From the NCBI GenBank assembly GCA_963722255.1, contig CAVRJO010000001.1, positions 704,001 to 768,000 on the forward strand: 64,000 nt of DNA, given 5' to 3'. Every line of letters starts with the position of its first letter. The stretch's first letter is position 1. A program made the position numbers and the translations under genes. The notes under the pieces were generated by a model. The model was not told the DNA's origin, ran no database searches, and saw only the letters and a list, made by a program, of their open reading frames with translations. The DNA comes from Candidatus Babeliales bacterium (GTDB lineage: Bacteria > Babelota > Babeliae > Babelales > JANWKD01). Positions 33,287-42,508 of the stretch are shown in pieces.

Positions 33287-34153
33287 TTATTTAGAGTATG
33301 CCCCGAGTCTTATAAGCTCTTTTTCAAGGTGCTTAAAATTTAAATCTTTACAATAGATACAGTGAAGATTTGGTATATTTAGACTCTGTAGAACCTTAAT
33401 ATTGTTAATTTCACTGTCAATATAAATAATTAGTTCTCCGGGAGTAATCTTGAAATGCTTCAATGCATAATGAAACAATTCAGGGTCAGGTTTTGCCAAA
33501 TGTGCATCTCCTGAGATGAGGCGATCATCAAAATAAGAAACGACCTCTCGAATCTTACTATGATGCAGCGCACATGCAAAAGACTCTGCATTCCAATTGG
33601 TTAACAGAACTACTTTATTAACTCTTCTACCGAAATTATCCCTACTAGCACAACACTTTTTCAATATCGATTTTGCCTTTTTTTGAACTACCATAGTCCG
33701 AGCATATCGTTCAGGGCTAAAAACAAAATCTGCTATTGCTTGAGAAACTTTTGTATTTTTACCCTGACTTTTTGACAAATCTTTTAATCCATTAAGAACA
33801 AAATTCTTAATTTCGTGGGCAGATTTAGTATTAGTTAACCAATCATTAATTATTTGGGGAAGGATGCTGCCATCGCGAATAATAATTGGACAGCCTGGCC
33901 GATGAGGCATTAACTGATCAAGGGCTTTAAAATAATCTTCCTTTACCGTTATCGGGTTATACCAGCCAATGAAATTAGTTGGGCCAACCTCCCATAATCT
34001 TTTTTTTGGATCTTGGACCATTAAAATATCTTCACTCTCCCAAATTATTGTAATAGGAAGACATTTATGCAACACTAGAAACATCGTAACAAAAAGAACG
34101 CGAATACAAATTCCACTTTTAAACATTTTTGAATTCCTTACTCTAGAAATCAC
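33287..34153 (-). CDS. HAD-like protein with degenerate catalytic motifs
   Basis: LLTNW, FDDRLISGDAHLAKPDPELF, IYIDS; motif I reads IIWESEDIL. Confidence 0.7.
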   Translation of the reverse strand: MISRVRNSKMFKSGICIRVLFVTMFLVLHKCLPITIIWESEDILMVQDPKKRLWEVGPTNFIGWYNPITVKEDYFKALDQLMPHRPGCPIIIRDGSILPQIINDWLTNTKSAHEIKNFVLNGLKDLSKSQGKNTKVSQAIADFVFSPERYARTMVVQKKAKSILKKCCASRDNFGRRVNKVVLLTNWNAESFACALHHSKIREVVSYFDDRLISGDAHLAKPDPELFHYALKHFKITPGELIIYIDSEINNIKVLQSLNIPNLHCIYCKDLNFKHLEKELIRLGAYSK

Positions 34154-34200
34154 TAAACCTAAAAAGACAGTATACCAAAAAAGACGAAAAGAAAAAACTT

Positions 34201-34629
34201 ATGAAACTTTTAGCATTAGACCTGGGCGATAAATGGGTTGGAACAGCTCTTTCTGATGCCTTAGGAATGTTGGCTAGACCTTATAAAACAGTAACGCTCG
34301 ATGAATTATTTGAATTTTTAAGAAATCTTTTTACCAAAGAAAAGATTGAAACAATAATCATTGGATACCCAATCACTATGAAAGCAACGGAAAGCCATCA
34401 AACAGAAACTATTGTGCTTATGAAAAATCGACTAGAACATGAGTTTCCTGATCATACATGGCTTTTATGGGACGAGCGCTTAAGTAGCAAACGAGCGCAA
34501 ACATTAAAAAAAGCAAAAACCAAAGAAGAGAAAGTAAAATCTCATTCTATCGCTGCTGCTTTTATACTAGAATCCTATCTTACCTATCTGCATATGCAAA
34601 AGAGCTCTTTAAACACGGAAAGTGATTAA
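34201..34629 (+). CDS. ruvX: YqgF/RuvX resolvase-like nuclease
   Basis: LALDLGDKWVGTALSD; WDERLSS; AAAFILESYL. Confidence 0.93.
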   Translation: MKLLALDLGDKWVGTALSDALGMLARPYKTVTLDELFEFLRNLFTKEKIETIIIGYPITMKATESHQTETIVLMKNRLEHEFPDHTWLLWDERLSSKRAQTLKKAKTKEEKVKSHSIAAAFILESYLTYLHMQKSSLNTESD

Positions 34630-34884
34630 AAAAAATGAAATAAAAAGAGCGCCTCTATTAATTTTTTTTTAATTTTTTTTAAAAAAACAATTGCAAAATA
34701 AGCTAATTTTAGTAACAATAAATGTTTTGAGCTTTTTCTTGACATCATTTTCATTCATTGCTTAGATTATAAAAAAGGAAGTAAAAATTATTTTTTGACG
34801 GGCTTAGTATCAGTTTTTTTTAGGAATATTCTTTTGCTTATGGCACCCATAGCCCAACAAAATTTTTTTGTGGAAGGAGGGGTC

Positions 34885-35064
34885 ATGAAGTGTAAAAAAT
34901 GTTCTGGGCTTATGGTACTACAGTCATTTTTTGATCATTTTTTAAATTTTGATGGATGGAAATGCCTCAACTGTGGAAAAGTGATTGCAAAAAAGGAAAA
35001 AACTATTGAATATGATGCATTTAGTATTTTTTATCAACAACAAAAATGTAAAAACAAAAATTAA
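34885..35064 (+). CDS. Small zinc-ribbon protein (59 aa)
   Basis: GGAGG RBS; MKCKKCSGLM...WKCLNCG. Confidence 0.8.
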   Translation: MKCKKCSGLMVLQSFFDHFLNFDGWKCLNCGKVIAKKEKTIEYDAFSIFYQQQKCKNKN

Positions 35065-35069
35065 GTATA

Positions 35070-35753
35070 ATGATCATTTTCCTCGTCCTTCAAGCACACA
35101 GCACTCTTTATGAAGTTGGTCTTTTTTCAAGCACACACTGCATAGCTCAACACAGTGAAGATAAAAAATATTCAAGCCGCAATCTAATTCCCAATATACA
35201 TTCTTTATTAGATCAAACTAATTTACACCTTAACGATATAGCCGCTTTAGGCGTTAATCAAGGACCCGCTCCTTTCACAAGCCTGCGTATTGCATTAACT
35301 ATTGCCAACGGATTAAATTTTGCCACGGGAATCCCACTCATCGGACATAACAGCCTAGAAGCATTACTTTTGGAGTTCAAAAATGGGCAGTGGCCAATTA
35401 CCATAGCTCTTCTCAATGCATTTAATAATGATCTTTATTATGGATTGTATACAAAAAATGGTTTGGAGATAGGGTGCCAAAACAACGATCTGCTCATTGC
35501 TTTACTAAAAGATCGTTTTTCTAAAGAAGCTGATGAAACTCAAATCCGATTTTTGGGAAATGGTGCAGCATTGCATAGAAATAAAATTTTAGCAGTTTTT
35601 AAAAATGCATATATCCCCGATCCACTCCCTCAAGAATGCTCTCTTCAACAGCTTGCTTGTATGACAAAGGATTCTTATGAACTTAAAAAAGGCTTACAAG
35701 AAATTCTCTTACCAAACTACTTAAAAGATATTCCCTATACCTCTCAAATCTAG
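35070..35753 (+). CDS. tsaB: tRNA t6A biosynthesis protein TsaB
   Basis: VNQGPAPFTSLRIALTIANGL; FLGNGA. Confidence 0.9.
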   Translation: MIIFLVLQAHSTLYEVGLFSSTHCIAQHSEDKKYSSRNLIPNIHSLLDQTNLHLNDIAALGVNQGPAPFTSLRIALTIANGLNFATGIPLIGHNSLEALLLEFKNGQWPITIALLNAFNNDLYYGLYTKNGLEIGCQNNDLLIALLKDRFSKEADETQIRFLGNGAALHRNKILAVFKNAYIPDPLPQECSLQQLACMTKDSYELKKGLQEILLPNYLKDIPYTSQI

Positions 35754-35776
35754 TTGCATTTTTTGATGCAGCTATT

Positions 35777-36109
35777 TTACCTATTATAAAGTCCACCATA
35801 TAAATCTGAGGTACCATACATATGTGAATATCCTGCTATACGCGCTTCTTCTGCTTTTTGTGCTATGCGTTCTTGAGCAGCTTTAATTTCTTCCTCAGTT
35901 AATTGCCGTTGCGCTAATTGCTCTTGAGGCCTCTGCTCTTGAGAAAGCTGAGGGGCATTGGGAACGGGCTTAACAACCACAATTCGTGGCCGAGTAACTC
36001 TTAAGGCACGTGTATAAATAGGAAATGCTTCTCTACTTCCTAGTATATCAGCATGAACTTTATAACTCATAAACAATGTTATTATTCCTACAATTATCCA
36101 TTTTTTCAT
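35777..36109 (-). CDS. Exported hypothetical protein
   Basis: Signal peptide VHA-DIL. Confidence 0.65.
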   Translation of the reverse strand: MKKWIIVGIITLFMSYKVHADILGSREAFPIYTRALRVTRPRIVVVKPVPNAPQLSQEQRPQEQLAQRQLTEEEIKAAQERIAQKAEEARIAGYSHMYGTSDLYGGLYNR

Positions 36110-36265
36110 AGTAACCCTTTACAGAGACTAAACCTATTTTTCATATTCTTTCCCCTTAAATAAGTATACCATATAGAAAATATAATATTCAATAATATTT
36201 ATATTGATTTCTAGTTGAAAATATTGCTATACTCATAATAAACGAATTATCTAAAGGAGAAAATC

Positions 36266-36529
36266 ATGACAAAGATTAAAAAAAACCATATTGAGCAGGG
36301 TAAAGAGCTGCATAAAAATCAGATAATTGATGAAAAAAATGATAAACACAAGCAACAACAAGAATGGTCAAATCTTATGGATTCTACCCATAAAAAACTT
36401 TCTGAAGGCGCATTAAACATTTCTCTAACAAATCGCATACGAAGTAATAGAGGAACAAAAGAAGCCTCTAGTAAGGGACATCATAAAGAAGGGCATGCAA
36501 TTCATAAAGGGCCTCATAAAAAAAAATAA
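36266..36529 (+). CDS. Small basic hypothetical protein
   Basis: AAGGAG RBS; 87 aa, K/H-rich. Confidence 0.65.
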   Translation: MTKIKKNHIEQGKELHKNQIIDEKNDKHKQQQEWSNLMDSTHKKLSEGALNISLTNRIRSNRGTKEASSKGHHKEGHAIHKGPHKKK

Positions 36530-36681
36530 GTTAGCATTTTAATGAAAAAATTATTTTATAAAGTCCCCTAGAAATGCATAAACATTGCTCTTTTATAAGC
36601 AAAAGTTCTCATTAGGGGATTGCCTTTTTCACGCAATGGAATCTGGAAGAAAAAATAAGGCTTCTGAGCCATTTATACATT

Positions 36682-38644
36682 TCATTCAATAATTGATTGC
36701 ATATATTTTCTTCTATGACCCTTTTTAAAAATGGACCTAAGTGGTTTTTGTTTTTTCTTAATCTTCAAAGATTTACTGCTCCGTATAATTGCCCTAACTT
36801 CTTTTTTAAACTCCTTTTCATAGGCTTCTGCATTAGCAATTCTATTAAAAGCCCACCATCTAGGATTAAATATTTCTGGACGGTCCCAGTGATAAGCATC
36901 ATATTTAAATTCCCAGGCGGTATTGTTTAGTTGAAATCGTATTAGTATAGTCATTTCTATTTCATCTTGTGTTCTAATGATAACATTGCGCAAAATGATA
37001 CGTTCGTCATCGTCTGGCAACTCTTTTTCGATAGGCTTCTGATTCGGGTCACTCTCAACAGCCCTAGAAGATTTTAAGATCAAAGAGATATCATTTGGAC
37101 CTTCTAAAGAGTCAAAATAAAATATTTTTATAGTTGTTCGTTCTGTTAGATTACAAAATGAATCACGCAGTGCCATCAATACACCGCCTGAACCGTTCAA
37201 AGCATCGCCTTCAACAATCATTTTACTGAAATAATGGTTAGCATTGCCATGTATCATTGAAATAATATTGGGATAAAGATATTGATTCTCCTTTAACGTA
37301 TCAATATCGATTTCTTTGCCAAAAAGAGTTTGTTTTTCTTTACCAAAAAATTTTTCATTTGCCGTTACAATATCTGAAAATGTTGGCAAGTTTTTCCATT
37401 TTTTTTGTGCCAATTCTCTTAAGTTAAAACTTGGAGGCAAGTGAGATGATCGTAATATAAGTGGAACCTTAATTATTTGAGGATAAACGAGCAAATTCAA
37501 TTCATAATCAAATTTTGGTTCATCTTGAAGCTTTTTGGGGAACACCAAAATAGGTTTATTTTCAAGTTCTGCTACATGCGCTTTTATAGTACCAAGCACC
37601 ATAACAGAATCACTAGGAGTGAGTGATTGAATTTCAATCCCCCCAGCCCCCAGGCAAAATAATCTGAGGAATACTAGCTTGAGCATGAATATCTTGTGGC
37701 GTTTTATTGTATTCTCCAACTATGCTCAATAAATGTTGCAAACTATGTTGTGCATCATTTCCTAGATTTTGAGTAATATCAAACAATTTAGCAAAAAAGA
37801 ACTTATTCGTTATAAAAAATTTAGTCTGAGTAGCACCATACGTAGGAATATCGCCAACCGAGTTAACGATAGTTATAAAATTAAGTGGCTGTAAAGCTTT
37901 ATCATTGTTTATATCTTTTTTAAATTTTATGTCCTCTAAATTACCTCCCGCATAACATGAAGAGATTATTAAAACACCTACTTGTATAAAGTCGTTAAAG
38001 AAAGTAAGCAGTTCCTGCATTTCAAGCGGCGTTAAACTTGCTATAAGCGTATCCGGCTTTAAATCACCGTGACCTGCAAGATAAATGTCCCAAATTGGCG
38101 CTTGCCAAGCCTCTTTACGATGAATAGCAAGAGAGCGTTCAGCTTTGCTTTGTACTGGAAAAGTTGCAAATATTTTTTTAAGATCAAGAACAATTCCTTT
38201 TACATTTTTCTTGGATTCAGATTTTTCTTTCAGCTTATGCCCTACTTTTGGTTTTAACGACTCAAGCAGCATCGTATAATCATCTTCTTCTTGAGTTGGT
38301 AAGATATCTAATTTTCCAAGAGCAGCAACATTGAATATTTCTGCTGTAAAAAGATTTTTTTGGCTCTTGGGAAGTAGAAGATATAACTGATCTTCATCAG
38401 CAAAATATTTTGTATCTACCGGCACATAAAGATCCCATTCTTCTTTCGATAAAGAAGCACCTTTAAGAGTTTGGTTTTCAAGATGCTTAGAATCATTCCA
38501 ATTGTGTCTTCTATATACATAATTATAAAAAATAGGCTTACTTACTAAAATCGGAGCTGTACGTTCTGCTATACCTATATACAAGTCTTGAGTATCAGAC
38601 CCCAAGCTATGCTTAGACGGCGTTTCATGTCCATTTTTTTCCAT
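36682..38644 (-). pseudogene. Large hypothetical protein with clan-CD-like His/Cys motifs, frameshifted at a G-run
   Basis: ORFs 37634-38644 and 36682-37719 join as PQIILPG-AGGIEI; YLAGHG and IISSCYAGG. Confidence 0.6.
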
Positions 38645-38807
38645 AATAAATGTAACATGTTTGTAGCGTAAAAAATAGTACTTACCAAAAATCCGAATAG
38701 TATTGCAAAATACACATTTGACATTAATCTGAGATATTTTTTATATGCATTCCTACTAAACTATTGTATACTTTTGCAAAAATTATCATAAAAAGAGGAT
38801 ATATCTC

Positions 38808-39632
38808 ATGATAAGAAAAGCCATTTTTTTTGTACTAGCTACATCGCCCTTAATGCATAAAAATCTTTATTGCATGGAAGAACAAAAAAAATCAAACGAT
38901 CAATTAAAGTTGACTCATTATTTTGCTAATGCAGATACAACAGCGCGAAACAACTATTCTTGCATCCAGTCTTTTATAGAAACTATACTTCGCGGATCAA
39001 CTTTTATCACAGTAGATTCGAAAAAAAATGTCATAATTTTTAAAAATATATATGATAAAAATTCTCATTATCAATGCACTCTTAATGAGATAATGACCAT
39101 ACTTAATTGCACTGAATGTCAAGAATGGCCAGATATAGTAGTTGGTGGCACACCAACAGCTGAATCAATAAAAGCACTTCAAAAATTCGTCAGACTCCCT
39201 CAATTCAAGCAACAAATAATTTTTCAATATCGGCGTTGGAAATATTTCCTTCATGATCCTTTAAATGGGATATTTGAAAAAGAAGATTTTATTAAATATG
39301 TAAATGATAAGCAAAACAAAGATTCATTACCATGGCTTGATGGATTTGATGTGAAGCAGATGCATAATGAAGAGTACCTGGATTACTATTGGGTTAAACT
39401 CAAAAATAGAAATGAAAATCGAAAAAAGTTATTTGAAATGATAGATATTCTAATGCGAAAATATACAAATAAGGAATCTATAGAAATAGATGAAGCCATT
39501 CTTGAATTACACAACAGACCTCTCTGTATCAAGTTTGTACCACTTATTCAACATTATACTGCATTCAAGAAACAATTTTGTCCCAAAGAAATAATCCACA
39601 TCCACGAAAATCCTCGGTGTATCATTTCTTGA
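38808..39632 (+). CDS. Secreted protein with C-terminal CaaX
   Basis: Signal LYC-MEE; ends NPRCIIS. Confidence 0.8.
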   Translation: MIRKAIFFVLATSPLMHKNLYCMEEQKKSNDQLKLTHYFANADTTARNNYSCIQSFIETILRGSTFITVDSKKNVIIFKNIYDKNSHYQCTLNEIMTILNCTECQEWPDIVVGGTPTAESIKALQKFVRLPQFKQQIIFQYRRWKYFLHDPLNGIFEKEDFIKYVNDKQNKDSLPWLDGFDVKQMHNEEYLDYYWVKLKNRNENRKKLFEMIDILMRKYTNKESIEIDEAILELHNRPLCIKFVPLIQHYTAFKKQFCPKEIIHIHENPRCIIS

Positions 39633-39777
39633 GTAAACGATACCAGTATCAATGAAGGCCTATTTTGATTCTTTTAGTTTTTTCTTATGTATAATTCAAT
39701 CTATTTGTAACTGTTTTCAGTTTGACATTTATATAAAGCTATACGATTATTATACAATAGTATAAATAACCCAAAAC

Positions 39778-42156
39778 ATGCATACTACTCACTCACGGTA
39801 TTTAATGAATAACCATAAAAAACTGCTCGTATTGTTATGCTTTTTGCGTATGATAAGCTTCGCATCCTGCATGAACGATAATGCAATTGCTGAGTTTACA
39901 TCTATTAAAACCGAAGAAGGAAATCAAATACAATGCAACAATACTATTGTTGCTCAATCAAAAACGCTTCAATGGTTAATAAGCCATCAAGAAGAATCTA
40001 CTGAAGAAAAAGAGCCTATTCCTATTCCCATTTCAGAAAGTTCATTCAACTTCATAACACAACTAATTGAGCATGTTGCTCACATTGAACAAGAAAATAA
40101 AGCAACACAACTTGCACCATTATTTTTTGAACAAAATGTAACAGTAACTAAAACATTTTTAAATGCGATACGTTATTTGCACATCCCCATTATTGCAGAA
40201 GCATTAGAAATAGCAGGCTATAGATTTTCCGATGAAGCCACGGATGAGCAACTTTTTGCTCAAGTACTTGAATGCTCCTTAGAAGAAAAGGTAAAGGGTA
40301 CAAAAAGAAAACGACAAAGTCCTGAAGAAGATGCTCCTGGCTTTGAACTTATTTCCTTAGATGAAGAATCTATTTTTTTCCCCCTACGTTTAATAAAAAA
40401 AGCAAAAACATTAAAAGATCTTCATGAAGATAATCATATAAATGAAAGTTCAAACACCTCAGTCCCTTGCAATTTTAAAGCTAAAACATTGGTTCTACTC
40501 AAAAAATTTTTAAAAACGTCTTTACGAGATCGCTGCCAACAAGAAAGAGAAGAGCTTTTCAAAGATCTAAGCATGTACGAACTCATTGACCTTCTCAAAG
40601 CAACCCATTATTTTTTGTGTTCTGAAGAAGAAATAAAGAGTGTCAAACAACAAGTCCTAGAATCTTTACTAGAAAAATTAAAACAAGGGCATTTAGATTT
40701 GCCAAAACTGGACATTAATGACCAAATTAAAAGTGAATTAGCTGGACAAATACTAGGAAATATCGCTCCTTCTGTTCAAAATATAACTCCTTTTCCAAAA
40801 CCTCCCACAGGTTATCATATAATACAACCTGAAGCACAAATCGCATTACTTACCAATAAATTCGTTATTTTTAAATATACTCTAACAAATGTGCTTGCAT
40901 TGGTTGATTTGATAACTGGTCAGCATCTATGGCTTGAAATCCCTAATTATACAAATTTTAAAGAAACCTCTTTCCCCTTTTCTTATGTAAATATTAAAGA
41001 AACGCTTTTTTCCTTATCACCTTCTAAAAAAATAGTAACCAGCCTAACTGAACCCCACAAGGAAAATTGTGTTCTTATAATAAGAGACACAAAATCTGGC
41101 AAAATCATACACCAGCAGGTTGTTAAAGAAGGATATGTCAGACTAATACATTATTCATCAGATGAAAAATCACTTATTCTATATTGTTCACCAAAAATAA
41201 CCAAAATCAATTTGCAAGATTTTACTATAGAAAAAGAGACAAATGCACCGCTTACAACTAGATCATCACATGATATACGATTTTCACCGGATAATAACAC
41301 AGTAGCTATAATGAATGATGATATACACCAAAAATGGACCTATTTTGTGCGCAACTTACGAGATAAAAAAGGAGTTTCGGGGGAAAAAAAAGAAACGAAT
41401 AGTTTAATTACTCCTTCAAAAGATCTTACCATTGGATATTTTATAACTACCGATAGGACCAATTTAAGCGTTAATCAAATAGATTTTAAAACAAAAAAAA
41501 CAACCGAAATCTTAAAGTTAGCATCAAACTTAGATCGTTCTTACACTTTTCTTAAGCTAGCAGTTTCTGATGACAAAAAACATCTTGCCATTGTTGGAGA
41601 AAATAAATACTTTCCCGACACCACGAGCCCCTTGCACACTTACTATATAATTGATCTCTACAATCTTGTTACTCAATCACTTGAAAAACAGCTTCGCCTA
41701 AACAAAGCTCAGATAAAAGACCTAGGATATTTTGATATTCAAAAAGTATATTTTAAAGGTGATAGTTTATTATACTTAGAAGCACGTCGGTCGCTAAGAA
41801 AATATTATGGACCAAACGAACAACCAACTTCAGAAATACCTATATTTATTGTGGTTGACACCATTACGGAAAAATTCAAAAATTATCGAGTAACAGAAAC
41901 AGATCGCAATTCTCTCTTGTATGGTAAAGTTAATAATGAAACACAATGCATCCACACAGCATTAGCTATTCCATTAATTCCTCAATATTTGCCTAAGCTC
42001 TCATTACAACAGCTTTTACTTATACGCGCTTTGCAAAGAGGCATTGATAGACCTCTTACAGATCAAGAACATGAACTCCTTGAGAAACTACCTAAAAAAT
42101 TACAATCTTTTTCAAGTCTTCTCTGCTCAAGTTTCTCCATTTTATATACTCCTTAG
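39778..42156 (+). CDS. Secreted tandem Skp1/BTB-like plus beta-propeller protein
   Basis: Two Skp1-like units followed by FSLSPS, HYSSDEK, RFSPDN, AVSDDK blades. Confidence 0.75.
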   Translation: MHTTHSRYLMNNHKKLLVLLCFLRMISFASCMNDNAIAEFTSIKTEEGNQIQCNNTIVAQSKTLQWLISHQEESTEEKEPIPIPISESSFNFITQLIEHVAHIEQENKATQLAPLFFEQNVTVTKTFLNAIRYLHIPIIAEALEIAGYRFSDEATDEQLFAQVLECSLEEKVKGTKRKRQSPEEDAPGFELISLDEESIFFPLRLIKKAKTLKDLHEDNHINESSNTSVPCNFKAKTLVLLKKFLKTSLRDRCQQEREELFKDLSMYELIDLLKATHYFLCSEEEIKSVKQQVLESLLEKLKQGHLDLPKLDINDQIKSELAGQILGNIAPSVQNITPFPKPPTGYHIIQPEAQIALLTNKFVIFKYTLTNVLALVDLITGQHLWLEIPNYTNFKETSFPFSYVNIKETLFSLSPSKKIVTSLTEPHKENCVLIIRDTKSGKIIHQQVVKEGYVRLIHYSSDEKSLILYCSPKITKINLQDFTIEKETNAPLTTRSSHDIRFSPDNNTVAIMNDDIHQKWTYFVRNLRDKKGVSGEKKETNSLITPSKDLTIGYFITTDRTNLSVNQIDFKTKKTTEILKLASNLDRSYTFLKLAVSDDKKHLAIVGENKYFPDTTSPLHTYYIIDLYNLVTQSLEKQLRLNKAQIKDLGYFDIQKVYFKGDSLLYLEARRSLRKYYGPNEQPTSEIPIFIVVDTITEKFKNYRVTETDRNSLLYGKVNNETQCIHTALAIPLIPQYLPKLSLQQLLLIRALQRGIDRPLTDQEHELLEKLPKKLQSFSSLLCSSFSILYTP

Positions 42157-42312
42157 CTCTTCTTCCTTGAGCATCTCGTATACTATTTGGCAAGGTGCAC
42201 AGGTGGCTCCATAACACTCTTGTGCTTTTTTTTGCGCTATTATTAGAGGAGTTTTGCCTTCATTATTTTTTAAAGTAAGATCGCTACCACCATTTGCTAA
42301 GTAGCATACCTT
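42142..42312 (-). pseudogene. Ankyrin gene 3' remnant
   Basis: Manual translation YLANGGSDLTLKNNEGKTPLIIAQKKAQ...; no start codon. Confidence 0.6.
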
Positions 42313-42442
42313 TTAAAATAGATAAAAATATGTATAAATAGGATTTCACTACTATAAAACTTGTCAGCTTCATTGTCAAAAAATTCTCTTACATTTCCCA
42401 TTCAACAGAATTTTATTGCGCCTCACGCAAAAATATTTCATA

Positions 42443-42470
42443 TTGACAATTTTTTATAAAAAATTATACT
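42443..42470 (+). promoter_or_regulatory. Sigma70-like promoter
   Basis: ttgaca-16-tatact upstream of 42509. Confidence 0.55.
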
Positions 42471-42508
42471 TATTACCATAAGTAAAAAATACTAAAAAAT
42501 GAGCTATT

